From positions 3,115-67,114 of the forward strand of contig CAIRMR010000016.1 of NCBI GenBank assembly GCA_903879715.1: 64,000 bases of DNA. Reading direction: 5' to 3'. The notes under the pieces were generated by a model. The model searched no databases and was not told where the DNA came from. It saw only the letters and a list, made by a program, of their open reading frames with translations. The first letter of the stretch is position 1, and every line of letters begins with the position of its first letter. The translations under genes and the position numbers were made by a program. Positions 51,790 through 62,034 of this stretch are shown piece by piece. The DNA comes from an uncultured Bacteroidales bacterium. Its GTDB lineage: Bacteria > Bacteroidota > Bacteroidia > Bacteroidales > UBA4417.

Positions 51790-52131
51790 ATGGAGAAAAT
51801 CCGCAAAATAATTGCATACAAAAACTATTTTGAAGACTTCTTAAAAGAGCAACCTATTAAGGTTCAGAATAAGATCTTCAAAATTTTAGAAGCAATTGAG
51901 ACTTTAGAGAGAATTCCAACAAACTACCTCAGACTCATCGTCGGAACAAGCGGACTGTATGAAGCAAGAATTCAATTAGGTTCAGATATTTGGCGTGTTT
52001 TTTGCTTTTTCGACAAAGGGAAGTTAGTTATCCTACTAAATGGATTTCAGAAAAAGACACATAAAACGCCTAAAAACGAAATTGAGAAAGCAATCATTTT
52101 AATGAAAGAGTATTATGAAAACAGAAAATAA
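51790..52131 (+). CDS. Type II TA toxin, RelE/HigB-like (Gp49/DUF891-like)
   Basis: GLYEARI...IWRVFCFF...ILLNGFQKKTHKTPKNEIEKA. Confidence 0.9.
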   Translation: MEKIRKIIAYKNYFEDFLKEQPIKVQNKIFKILEAIETLERIPTNYLRLIVGTSGLYEARIQLGSDIWRVFCFFDKGKLVILLNGFQKKTHKTPKNEIEKAIILMKEYYENRK

Positions 52132-52426
52132 GAACAAAGATATTTCCACCTGGTCAGAAATCAAAGACAGGGTTTATGGAAAAGAAGGAACTGAAAGACG
52201 TAACAATCTTGACAGAGAGGTTGAATCATTTAGAATAGGCCTTTTATTAAAGAAAGCACGTGAATCCCGTAATATGACCCAAGAAGAATTAGGCCAATTG
52301 GTTGACAAGAAAAGAACTTACATTTCCCGGGTTGAAAACAATGGCAGTAATATTACGCTTAGCACTCTTTTTGACATTGTTGAAAAAGGATTGGGCGGGA
52401 AAGTGAATATTTCTATAGAAGTTTAA
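52115..52426 (+). CDS. XRE-family HTH antitoxin (HigA-like)
   Basis: LKKARESRNMTQEELG...RTYISRVEN...ITLSTL; overlaps the toxin, toxin-first order. Confidence 0.9.
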   Translation: MKTENKNKDISTWSEIKDRVYGKEGTERRNNLDREVESFRIGLLLKKARESRNMTQEELGQLVDKKRTYISRVENNGSNITLSTLFDIVEKGLGGKVNISIEV

Positions 52427-52439
52427 TATTGAATGAATT

Positions 52440-52570
52440 ACGCGCCATATTAAAGGTTTTACAAAATGGCGGGTCTGGAAACATAATTGAAGCTTCATCG
52501 TCCGCAAAATCATTCGTGCAGACTAACCGCTAAGCAACTCGTAATCAGCCACTTGTTATAGCTTCAACCG
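52440..52570. mobile_element. Degenerate attC-like cassette repeat
   Basis: aaaatggcggg...aattgaag...atcattcgtgc...actcgtaatcagccactt; imperfect outer inverted arms; immediately after the TA stop; recognised from memory of Bacteroidota cassette repeats. Confidence 0.45.
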
Positions 52571-52769
52571 AAAGAAATATTTTATTTGATTCTATTCTCA
52601 ATCCGGCTCGTTGGTATCCAGCTACTAAGACCCAGGCCGCAAATCCCAAATCCCAAGTCACAAATCCCAAAATCTAATGTGCCCTATTGTGCCTATTGTG
52701 GTTTAAAATCAAAAAAGAAAGTAATGATTCCCCAACCCCTAAATCCTAACTCCTGACTCCTATAAAGGA

Positions 52770-54548
52770 TTAATCGTTCGAAAAATCTTTCACCAGCTTG
52801 CGGTAAGCCGAAAAAACATTGGCACGGGATACAAAACCGATATATTTTCCATCCTTCAATACCGGCAGATTATAATGTGAGGTTTCAGCAAACTTCTGGG
52901 CAACATCTTCCATTGTTGCTTTCTGATCAACAATAGTATCAGGCATATACATCAGGTTGCGGATATACACCGTATCGTACTGGTCATGCTCAAAAATTAT
53001 ATGCCTGATCTCGTTGATGAAAATAACGCCAAGAAAATTATTTTCTTCATCGATAACCGGGAAAACATTTCGCTGCGATTTGGCAACCAGCTTTACAAAT
53101 TCACCCAGCGTTATATCCGGACCTGTAGTGATAAAGTTTTTTTCGATCAGTCGTTCTATCGAAAGTCGTGACAATACGGCTTTATCTTTATCATGCGTTA
53201 TAAGTTCGCCGGTTTCGGCAAGCCGTTTTGCGTAAATTGAATGAGGTTCGAACGGAATAATGGTTAGATAAGCGACTACAGAAGTTATCATTAATGGCAC
53301 AAAAAACTGGTAACCACCCGTAATTTCAGCAATAAGGAAAATGGCGGTAAGAGGCGCGTGCATTACCGCAGCCATTACACCGGCCATACCGGCAAGCGCG
53401 AAGTTGCTTTCGGGTAAACGACCGTTCATAAAGAAATTTACCGCTTTACTCAGGAAAAAACCTGTAACCCCACCCATGAAAAGTGATGGCGCAAACACCC
53501 CTCCTACTCCACCTCCACCAGTAGTTGCCGACATAGCTACTACTTTAAATATTAAGATCAGGACAAGGAAAAACAGTAACAGGAAATAGTTATTTCCCAT
53601 AGCGGAAAATATACTCCCGTCAAGTACTCGCATTCCATTTCCATCCAGCAGGTTGTTGAGCGTTTCGTAGCCTTCGCCAAATAAAGGAGGGAAAAGAAAT
53701 ACCAGCAAACTTGTAATAATACCACCGGTTACCATGCGCAGAAAGCCTGTTGGAATACGCTGAAACTGCTTCTCGATCGACATGTTAGCCTTTGTAAAAT
53801 AGATAGATACCAATCCACAAAGCAAACCTAACAACGCATAAAACGGCAGATTACGCATAGTGAAAGGGTGAGCGGTGACTTCAAATGAGAACAGCACATC
53901 ACTTCCCATAAAGAAATACGCTAAAATGGCGCCCGAGGCTGATGAGATCAGAAGCGGGATAAGGCTCGCCATAGTAAGGTCAAGCATCAGGACTTCCAAT
54001 GAAAAGATGACCGCGGCAACCGGTGCCTTAAAAATACCGGCAAGCGCGCCGGCAGCGCCGCAACCTACCAGCAGGGTAATGGTTTTGTAATCCAGGCGCA
54101 GGTAGCGGCCCAGGTTTGAACCTATTGCTGAACCGGTAAGTATTATCGGTGCTTCCAGTCCCACGCTGCCGCCGAAACTCACGGTAATGGTACTCGCGAT
54201 CAGCGAGCTGAACATATTGTGCGCTTTAATGATGCTGTTGCTTTTCGAAATGGATTGAAGTACACGGCTGATGCCATGCCCTATATTATCTTTTACAATA
54301 TACTTAACAAAAAGGTAGGTGATGAGTATACCCAGAAAAGGCAAAACCAGGTAGAGCAGGTTGAAGCTCTTAATTGAAATCACAGTCAGTAAAAGCGAAT
54401 GGCCCAGATGAACGGCATTTTTCAGGGCAATGGCTGCCAGGCCACCCAGAATACCCGCAATAAGACTGAGTATTAATACGAAATTCCGTGCTGAGATATG
54501 TCGCAATCTCCACGAATGAATTCTCTGATAAAACCTGCTGCCTGGCAT
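52770..54548 (-). CDS. CLC chloride channel/transporter with CBS domains
   Basis: GHGIS, GGSVGLEAP, FKAPVAAVIFSLE, GGVFAPSLF, HAPLTAIFL.AE.TG, SIY; C-terminal CBS pair. Confidence 0.94.
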   Translation of the reverse strand: MPGSRFYQRIHSWRLRHISARNFVLILSLIAGILGGLAAIALKNAVHLGHSLLLTVISIKSFNLLYLVLPFLGILITYLFVKYIVKDNIGHGISRVLQSISKSNSIIKAHNMFSSLIASTITVSFGGSVGLEAPIILTGSAIGSNLGRYLRLDYKTITLLVGCGAAGALAGIFKAPVAAVIFSLEVLMLDLTMASLIPLLISSASGAILAYFFMGSDVLFSFEVTAHPFTMRNLPFYALLGLLCGLVSIYFTKANMSIEKQFQRIPTGFLRMVTGGIITSLLVFLFPPLFGEGYETLNNLLDGNGMRVLDGSIFSAMGNNYFLLLFFLVLILIFKVVAMSATTGGGGVGGVFAPSLFMGGVTGFFLSKAVNFFMNGRLPESNFALAGMAGVMAAVMHAPLTAIFLIAEITGGYQFFVPLMITSVVAYLTIIPFEPHSIYAKRLAETGELITHDKDKAVLSRLSIERLIEKNFITTGPDITLGEFVKLVAKSQRNVFPVIDEENNFLGVIFINEIRHIIFEHDQYDTVYIRNLMYMPDTIVDQKATMEDVAQKFAETSHYNLPVLKDGKYIGFVSRANVFSAYRKLVKDFSND

Positions 54549-54723
54549 AATAAAAGCAAAAATAAGAATATAAACCGAAAAGTCCGGATTTAAAGAATTT
54601 CGGCAGTCATATATTCACCAGGGTTGAAATTATCAGGTGAACTACCTTGCCGAAAACAGATGAGCGATCATCGTAAGATTTCTTCTAATTATCACTACAG
54701 GGGAGAGGAATAAGACCCTGGAT

Positions 54724-54770
54724 ATCCCTCGACTTGCTTCGGCAAAAGCTCAGCAACCATCGCTCGGGAT
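54724..54770 (-). repeat. Nested REP-like palindrome
   Basis: Reverse complement atcccgagcga[tggttgctgagcttttgccgaagcaa]gtcgagggat has the same architecture as 12294-12337. Confidence 0.65.
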
Positions 54771-54822
54771 CAGTTCGACCAGATAATTTCAGTTCACTCA
54801 CGTTCCTGAAATTATAGTCTCA

Positions 54823-57800
54823 CTAATTTAAAGCCAATGAATCTTCAATGATCTCAAGTAATTTTGCTTTACTCACCGGTTTTGTAACGTATTCGTTGCA
54901 GCCTGAAGAAATAGCGAGGCTTTCATCTTCCGCGGTAACATGGGCTGTAAGCGCAATAATAGGTATATTTGGCATAAACGTCCTGATTTGCCTTGTAGCT
55001 TCAAAACCATCCATAAGTGGCATTTTGATATCCATGAGTACCAAATTCACATCAGGGTTTTTTCGCAGGCAATCAACAGCTTCTATACCGTTTTCCGCCC
55101 TCATTACCCGGTATGAAGAGTACATCAATACAATTTCGATATATTTGTAATTGGAATCGTCATCTTCGGCAATCAGGATTAATGGTTTGGTTTCTGTTTC
55201 CGCAGGTTTGGGCGTGTCAACAGGTTTTTGAGGTGTAAGGATAGTATTCTCTGAAAAAGGAAGTGTAAAATAAAAAACAGATCCTTTTCCGCGTTCACTA
55301 TCAATCCTTAAATTGCCTCCCAGTAATTTTACCAGGCTGTTGGCAATGGTAAGACCTAGTCCGCTTCCTTCGTATCCTCGGGTTGAGGAAACATCGGCTT
55401 GCATAAAGGCATCGAAAATCACGTTCAGCAAATTGGTTTTGATTCCGGTTCCTGTATCACTTACGGAGAATTCAATTTCTGTATCTTTTATTTCATATCC
55501 GAAAAATATTGTTCCTTTCTGTGTAAACTTGAAGGCATTATCGATTAAATGGCTTAAAATTTTTCGTAGTTTTTCAATATCGGTATTCAATATCAGAGGA
55601 TCAGCCAAATCAGGTTTCACAACGTTAAGTTCAATACCTTTTGAAACAGCTATTTCAGAAAAATCAGCATTTATTTCTTTTATCAGTTTATCCAGATTTG
55701 AAGGCCGCCTGCTGATTTCCATAGTTCCGGAAACGAGCATCGAAATATCCATATAATTGGTAATAGTGTTCAGCAGCCGCTTGCTGCTTTTTTTAATTAC
55801 CGTAAAGAAAAGTTCATGATCTTCGGGAGTTGTATCGGGATTCAGGCTCATTTCGGTGAAACCAAGTATACCGTTGAGCGGTGTTCGTATTTCGTGTGAG
55901 ATATTGTTAATAAATGCTGTTTTCAATTTATCACTCGCTTCTGCTTTAACAAACGCTTCCTGCAGATCCAGGATCGATTTTTGTCGCTGTATTGACAAAC
56001 TCACCTGGCTGGCAATGAATTCAAGCATTTTAAGATCATTTTCGCTATACGCGTTGGGATCCTGATAATCCTGTACAACAATAGCTCCGTATGGCTTGCC
56101 ATTCACTGTTAGCGGAACTCCAAGCCAGATTTCGGAGTCAGCACCCATAAGTTCAACTTCGCCGGAATCCATAAGTTTCGTAAAGCCATCGCTTTTCAGT
56201 AAAACAGATTTATTATTCCGAACTACATAACCGGTTAAGGATTTTTCTGCCGGCCAGTCAGTAAAAGTATCCTGTTCGTCAACACGATAAGCCATTGAAA
56301 GCATATCAGTTTCTTCATTATAAAAAGCCACATAGAAGTTATTCGTGTTGATCAGTGTACTGAGTTCATTTTTAACGATTTCGAGCAAGTGATGTATATC
56401 GGTAGTTTCGAATATCTGCCGCGAGATATTAAACAAAACTGTCTGAAGACCTTCGCTATGTTTACGCTCAGTGATATCTTCCTTTACACTAAGAAAATGT
56501 GTTATTTCGCCATCCGGATTTTTTATTGGCGAAATAGAGGCTCTTTCCCAGTAAAGTTCCCCGTTTTTCTTCCGGTTATGAAACTCGCCCTTCCATTCAT
56601 TCCCTGACTTTATTGTGTCCCACAATACTTTATATCCTTCGGCTGTAGTTTCACCTGATTTAAGTACACGTGGATTTTCACCAATAAGTTCATCGCTCGT
56701 ATAGCCCGAAATCCGGCATGCGGCGGGGTTCGCGTACTCAATAATACCATTGGTATCGGTAACTACTATTGATTCGGGACTTTGCAGTACAACCTGAGAG
56801 AGTTTCTGGAGTTCCTGTTCGGCTGCTTTACGTTCAGTAATATCGCGCTCAACAACAACCATTCCTTTGGGCTGGCCGTTAGTATCAAAATTCGGTATTT
56901 TAATGCTGTCGAATATCATAAAAGTACCATCCGGGCGGGGAATGGTTTTATCTGTACGATTTGGGACGCGCTGTTCCCAGGCAATGTTGTCTGTAGCCTC
57001 ACACTGCAAAAAAACTTCCCTGTAGAAACTGTTGTATTCAGCAAGTTCCCTGTCGGTTTTTCCAAAATAATCAACACCCTGGAGGCCAAACAGGTTAATA
57101 GCATACTCATTTGCGACAAGCCACCGGCCTTTGCCGTCCTTAAAACAAACAAAATCGGGCATGGCATTAATCAGTATGCGCAATTGTTCTTCACTGTTTT
57201 TCAGGTTTTCTTCGGCTTCAGTTTTCTTTTTTTGTTGTTCAAGGTTATTAAGGGCCAGCCCAAGGTCATCTGAAATTTCAGTAAAAAGTTCTATTTCTTC
57301 TTTATCATTGACTAATTCCTTTGGCAGTGTAACAGCTATATATCCATGTAAACGGCTCTGGTATAGCACTTTTGAAATAATGGCGCCTCTGCTTAAATCC
57401 ATGTTGTACATCGGGCACTCAGAACAATCTCTGCAATCAGCTATAGGGTTGATGTTCCCCTCATTTTCTTTGAGATATTTCATGCATTCCGGGATGGTTC
57501 CTGCGCGAAATTGTGCGATGAAAGCATCAAAGTTTTCTGTTATTCCTGCCGAAGCAGCATCGAGGAATAATCCTTCAGGATCAAGGGTCAGAAACCATGA
57601 ACTCGAATAAGCCCTGGTCGAAATCAGCGTTTCGCAGGTCTTCTTTAATAAATCGGTCGAAGAATTTACCCGTACAATAAGCTGATTTACATCGCGTATA
57701 GCTTTCAGGATTGCATTCAGATGATTAATACGGAGTTCCATCCTGTTTTTATGCAGGGCCATTTCAATGTTCGAATGCAATTCACGCTCCTGGAATGGTT

Positions 57801-58113
57801 TCAGTATGTAGCCGAAGGGTTCGGTTATTTTTGCACGATCCAGAATATTGGTATCCGAGTAGGCTGTAAGGTAAATGACAGGCAGTTGGTACTTTTCCTT
57901 CACTTCGGTAGCCAGTTCGATGCCGTCTTTGTTACCTTTCAGGTAAATATCCATAAGCACAAGATCAGGCATAACAGCCTGCAGACTTTTATAAAAAGTG
58001 TCTGCAGAAGATGCCATACCTGTAACCTCGTACCCCATATTTTCCAGGGTATTTTTTAAATCCTCGGCAGTAATTCTTTCGTCCTCAACAATCAGGATTT
58101 TATTTTTTGTCAT
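54823..58113 (-). CDS. Hybrid kinase REC-GAF-PAS-PAS-GAF-HK-REC
   Basis: N-terminal ILIVEDE...DLVLMDI...YLTAY...KPF; SHEIRTPLNG; C-terminal AEDD...MDIKMP; ATG 58113 overlaps the upstream gene end. Confidence 0.93.
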   Translation of the reverse strand: MTKNKILIVEDERITAEDLKNTLENMGYEVTGMASSADTFYKSLQAVMPDLVLMDIYLKGNKDGIELATEVKEKYQLPVIYLTAYSDTNILDRAKITEPFGYILKPFQERELHSNIEMALHKNRMELRINHLNAILKAIRDVNQLIVRVNSSTDLLKKTCETLISTRAYSSSWFLTLDPEGLFLDAASAGITENFDAFIAQFRAGTIPECMKYLKENEGNINPIADCRDCSECPMYNMDLSRGAIISKVLYQSRLHGYIAVTLPKELVNDKEEIELFTEISDDLGLALNNLEQQKKKTEAEENLKNSEEQLRILINAMPDFVCFKDGKGRWLVANEYAINLFGLQGVDYFGKTDRELAEYNSFYREVFLQCEATDNIAWEQRVPNRTDKTIPRPDGTFMIFDSIKIPNFDTNGQPKGMVVVERDITERKAAEQELQKLSQVVLQSPESIVVTDTNGIIEYANPAACRISGYTSDELIGENPRVLKSGETTAEGYKVLWDTIKSGNEWKGEFHNRKKNGELYWERASISPIKNPDGEITHFLSVKEDITERKHSEGLQTVLFNISRQIFETTDIHHLLEIVKNELSTLINTNNFYVAFYNEETDMLSMAYRVDEQDTFTDWPAEKSLTGYVVRNNKSVLLKSDGFTKLMDSGEVELMGADSEIWLGVPLTVNGKPYGAIVVQDYQDPNAYSENDLKMLEFIASQVSLSIQRQKSILDLQEAFVKAEASDKLKTAFINNISHEIRTPLNGILGFTEMSLNPDTTPEDHELFFTVIKKSSKRLLNTITNYMDISMLVSGTMEISRRPSNLDKLIKEINADFSEIAVSKGIELNVVKPDLADPLILNTDIEKLRKILSHLIDNAFKFTQKGTIFFGYEIKDTEIEFSVSDTGTGIKTNLLNVIFDAFMQADVSSTRGYEGSGLGLTIANSLVKLLGGNLRIDSERGKGSVFYFTLPFSENTILTPQKPVDTPKPAETETKPLILIAEDDDSNYKYIEIVLMYSSYRVMRAENGIEAVDCLRKNPDVNLVLMDIKMPLMDGFEATRQIRTFMPNIPIIALTAHVTAEDESLAISSGCNEYVTKPVSKAKLLEIIEDSLALN

Positions 58114-61100
58114 ATACGGGATAGGGATTAAAAGCAATCGTAAAAATAGTACCTTTTTTATTATCAATTTCAATTTCTCCATCTAACTGTTCAGTGGCAA
58201 GTATCCGGATAAGGTAAAGACCCAGTGACAAGGAGTCCGTGATGGCATAATCTTCCGGTAATCCTATTCCATTATCCCCTATACTTATCTGCAAGTATTT
58301 GTCAGGCAAAGTCTTAAGTTTTATGAAAATTTCAGGTTTTTGCTTAGTAACCCGGTCTTTTGGAAAAGCATATTTCAGGCTGTTTGAAATAATCTCATTC
58401 AAGATTAAACCGTAAGGGATGGCGTAAACAAGCGGAATATTAATATCCACTATTTGGGTGCTTATATGAATTTTCTGAGGATCAGCAAGGTAAACCCTGA
58501 ATAACTCAGTAACCAGTGAACGGGTATATTCTTTGATGTTTATCTCGGCAAAATTACCTGTTTGATAGAGCTTCTCATGAACCAGAGCAATGGAACGGAT
58601 CCGGTTACGGGATTGCTCCAGGATTTCCTTAATTGACTTGTCGGTAATTTTATTAGCCTGCAGGTTTAGCAGGCTCGAAACCACCTGCAGGTTGTTTTTT
58701 ACCCTGTGATGAACTTCCCTGAGAAGGATTTCCTTTTCATGTAAGGCGGCCTTAATGGTATCGCCGGCTAATTTGCGGCTGGTGATATCAATGGAATAAC
58801 CCGCCAGGTACATGGGTTTACCCTCAATATAAATAGGAAATTTCGTGGTTGAATAATATCGGCCATTCATTTCTTCTTCCATATCAGTTTGTTTTCCATT
58901 ATTTAATATACTGATGTCATCCGCAATCATTTTCTTTGCAAGCGCGGAAGGAAAAATATCGTCCATAGTTTTGCCTAGTAATTCATCCAGAGGTCGGCCA
59001 AGCATTTGCTCAAAATTACGACTTAACCTGAGCGACCTGATCTGTTTATCCTTAAAAAACACATAGATCGGGCTGTTGAGCATAAACTGGTTAAAAATCT
59101 CCTGGCTTTCGAGCAATGATTCCTCCGCGCTTTTACGTTCGTTAATATTATTTATCATAACCAGCAGCGAAATGAATTCACCGGCTTTGTTATACATAAC
59201 GCTTACCTGGACCAGGCCCCATACTTTCTTTTTAAACTTTGTTATATATTTTTTCTCGGTGTGGTATAATGCTATTTCGTGATTAAGCAGGCGTTGAACC
59301 TGCTGAATGTCCTGTTCAATATATTCAGGATCAGAAATATCGGCAAAAGTCATATTTTTCAGTTCAGCTTCGGAGTATCCAAGTAATGCAACGAAGGCTT
59401 TGTTAACCTGAGTAAACCTGAAATCGGCATTTACAAGTGCCATTGCTATAGATCCATCTTCAAAAATAAGACGAAAATGTTCTTCTCTTTCCTGGAGTTT
59501 TCGCTCAGCTAATTTCTGTTCTGTAATATCTTTTGCTATTGCCAAAACGTTTACTTCTTCATTTTTGGTAAGAACAGGAACAAAGGATTCTTCATACACT
59601 CTCATTTCACCATTGTTTCCTAAAGCGGTATGTTCAAATTTAACAGGTCGCCAGCTGCTGATACTTTCATTGTATTTCAATCTAAAAAGATCCGTTGTTC
59701 CAGGAGCCAGGAATTCATAAATGGAATGTCCCACTATATCTTTTTCGGAGAATCCTTCGGCAAAATGATTCAAAAACAGATACTTACCATCTTTATCGTG
59801 TAGTGCTATGTAATCGGGTGAATTACTGACCAGCGAACGCCATTTCTCTTCGCTTTCACGTAATGATTCTTCGGCAAGTTTGCGTTCAGTAATATCGCGT
59901 ACTACTGCTATTATCTTTTGTGTTGTATCATATTCAAAAGTACTTGTGCTTATTTCAACAGGAAAAACTGTAGAATCCTTTTTTTTGTGATATTGATCCT
60001 GAAGGAATGGTTGTTCTAAGACTTCACTATTTTCAGGTGGGCTCTTCTGAAATTTTATATCCGGATTGGTCAGCCTGACAAATTCATCGTGAGTATAACC
60101 ATATTGTTCCAATGCTTTATGGTTTATCTCTTCAATTTTACCTGTTTTACTGTCGGAAACAAAAACAGCATCGGGTATAGCATTGTAAAGCGCAATATGT
60201 TTATCAAGATTTTCTTTAAGGTTGCGGGCAAGCAGTGTTGTTAACTCCAGGCGGGAACGGTTTTTAATCAAAAGTAAAGCAAGTATGAAAATGAGAAGAC
60301 TTATAGCTATTCCTCCAAACAAAACCAGGATAACTTCCTTGTAAAGATAAAAAGACGGTCGCTCCATATTCTTTGAGAAATACAAGGTCCAGTGTTTGCC
60401 TTTAAAGTCGACTGGTAATAGCAATTTCATTGCAGCTGAACCGGCAAATCTTATTTTTTGAACCGATTGACTGTCAAACAATAATGCCTGCTGAATTACA
60501 CTGTCGTTATCATAAATCTGCATGCGTATTCGCCCTTTTAGTTTATCCTGGTAGTTCCCAAGTACACCGGACATAAAGTCATTCATTCGGTAAGGGCTGT
60601 AGGACCATCCTTTTATAGCGCGGCGGCGTTCCGCCACTGTACTGATGGGCATGCCCTGCCGGTAAACAGGTACATACATCAGAGTACCCGCCTGAATATC
60701 AGTATTGGATTCCTGAACAAGCTTAACTTTACCCGACAAGGATGCAATATTTAAATCACGGGCCTTTTCCATAGCCTCGCGGCGAACAGGTTCCGAGAAC
60801 ATATCATATCCAAAAGCCTGGAGGTTACGACCTGTGAAGGGCTCTATGTATATTATTGACGTGTATATTTCGCGTTTCCCTTCCGGCTTAATCTTATAGT
60901 CAGGGAAACCTGAATTACGAATATGTAGTTCGTGTTCTATCAATTTCTTGCCAGATACAATAATAGCATATCCTAAACCCTGAACGCCGGGCAAATTCTT
61001 TTCAGTTTTCTGGTTGGAAATAAATATTTCCCACTCTTTTCGTGACACCGTATCGCGCGATTCAATAAATGCTGCTCCTGTACGGAGTAGCGCTGCATGC

Positions 61101-61309
61101 GCATGCAGCCGGGCATGCACACTTCCCATTATTTCGTTGCATTCGAACGAAAAATCCTTCCTGGCATTTTCTTCAACCGATTGTTTGGTACTATATGAAT
61201 ACACTGCGGTTACGGTCAGCGCAACTAAAAGTATAGCCCATGCCATTCCAACGCTAATCAGTGTACTATCAGGTTTTAAACTCTCAATACCGGTTAGCTT
61301 TTCTTTCAT
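58100..61309 (-). CDS. CHASE-domain, multi-PAS histidine kinase (HisKA_2 type)
   Basis: TM-CHASE (PGVQGLGY, YIEP...N..AFGYDMFSEPVRR.AM..ARD)-TM, four PAS, LLREVHHRVKNNLQ, NSLKYAF, DNGIGLP, SLGL. Confidence 0.92.
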   Translation of the reverse strand: MKEKLTGIESLKPDSTLISVGMAWAILLVALTVTAVYSYSTKQSVEENARKDFSFECNEIMGSVHARLHAHAALLRTGAAFIESRDTVSRKEWEIFISNQKTEKNLPGVQGLGYAIIVSGKKLIEHELHIRNSGFPDYKIKPEGKREIYTSIIYIEPFTGRNLQAFGYDMFSEPVRREAMEKARDLNIASLSGKVKLVQESNTDIQAGTLMYVPVYRQGMPISTVAERRRAIKGWSYSPYRMNDFMSGVLGNYQDKLKGRIRMQIYDNDSVIQQALLFDSQSVQKIRFAGSAAMKLLLPVDFKGKHWTLYFSKNMERPSFYLYKEVILVLFGGIAISLLIFILALLLIKNRSRLELTTLLARNLKENLDKHIALYNAIPDAVFVSDSKTGKIEEINHKALEQYGYTHDEFVRLTNPDIKFQKSPPENSEVLEQPFLQDQYHKKKDSTVFPVEISTSTFEYDTTQKIIAVVRDITERKLAEESLRESEEKWRSLVSNSPDYIALHDKDGKYLFLNHFAEGFSEKDIVGHSIYEFLAPGTTDLFRLKYNESISSWRPVKFEHTALGNNGEMRVYEESFVPVLTKNEEVNVLAIAKDITEQKLAERKLQEREEHFRLIFEDGSIAMALVNADFRFTQVNKAFVALLGYSEAELKNMTFADISDPEYIEQDIQQVQRLLNHEIALYHTEKKYITKFKKKVWGLVQVSVMYNKAGEFISLLVMINNINERKSAEESLLESQEIFNQFMLNSPIYVFFKDKQIRSLRLSRNFEQMLGRPLDELLGKTMDDIFPSALAKKMIADDISILNNGKQTDMEEEMNGRYYSTTKFPIYIEGKPMYLAGYSIDITSRKLAGDTIKAALHEKEILLREVHHRVKNNLQVVSSLLNLQANKITDKSIKEILEQSRNRIRSIALVHEKLYQTGNFAEINIKEYTRSLVTELFRVYLADPQKIHISTQIVDINIPLVYAIPYGLILNEIISNSLKYAFPKDRVTKQKPEIFIKLKTLPDKYLQISIGDNGIGLPEDYAITDSLSLGLYLIRILATEQLDGEIEIDNKKGTIFTIAFNPYPVYDKK

Positions 61310-62034
61310 ACAGACGATAATTAGTTGTCGGGTGATCAAAGATATTAAACTAATTCAGAAACAGGATGAATTTTAATTCCGAAACAAAAAATTAACCTGA
61401 TGACCGAAAAAAGTTACGAAATATCCCTATCGCATGAGTAAATCAAACACGAAAGTCAAACATCTACTATTGAAAAAAGAGATTATTCTTAACCTATTGT
61501 GAATTCTTCTGTTACCGGTAAAAAAACATAATCAATTGATATTTAATCAACATACTTTTTCCTTATTCCAGCCAACAGTAAAAAAAATCATATCTTCAAC
61601 TGATTATAAAGCGACATTTCGAAATAATGCTGGTTTTGATTTTTAACTTTGCTATTAATGTAAACTTATTTTACATTCGGTACGACCTAATATTAAAATA
61701 TATTTTCATTCTTTGTGTTATTATTTTAAAAGTAAGTTATTGCATATTTATTGCACACAACGAGCCGCAATTAAGCGCATAATTCAGTTCCCTTTATTGC
61801 TTTGCCCTTATTTCCTCATTCCTACAACATATAATTCAAATTCCGGATTTCCGGATTACGAAGCCGCCGATTGAATCTGGCGATATAATAGCTTCAATTT
61901 GTGTATCCCGGAATATTTCCAGGCTGAAATAAGTTAATGGGAAGTCGGACCGAAGAGGAAATAATGAGAATAACGTGTACTTTTAGTACTGCAAGCTTTA
62001 AATAATTTTACAATTGCACTTTACAGAAAGAGTC

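Noticed and set aside
61930-61965. Cobalamin riboswitch (aatgggaag)
   Set aside because: Lacks the GGTG..AA.TCC, GCCACTG and downstream B12-box elements
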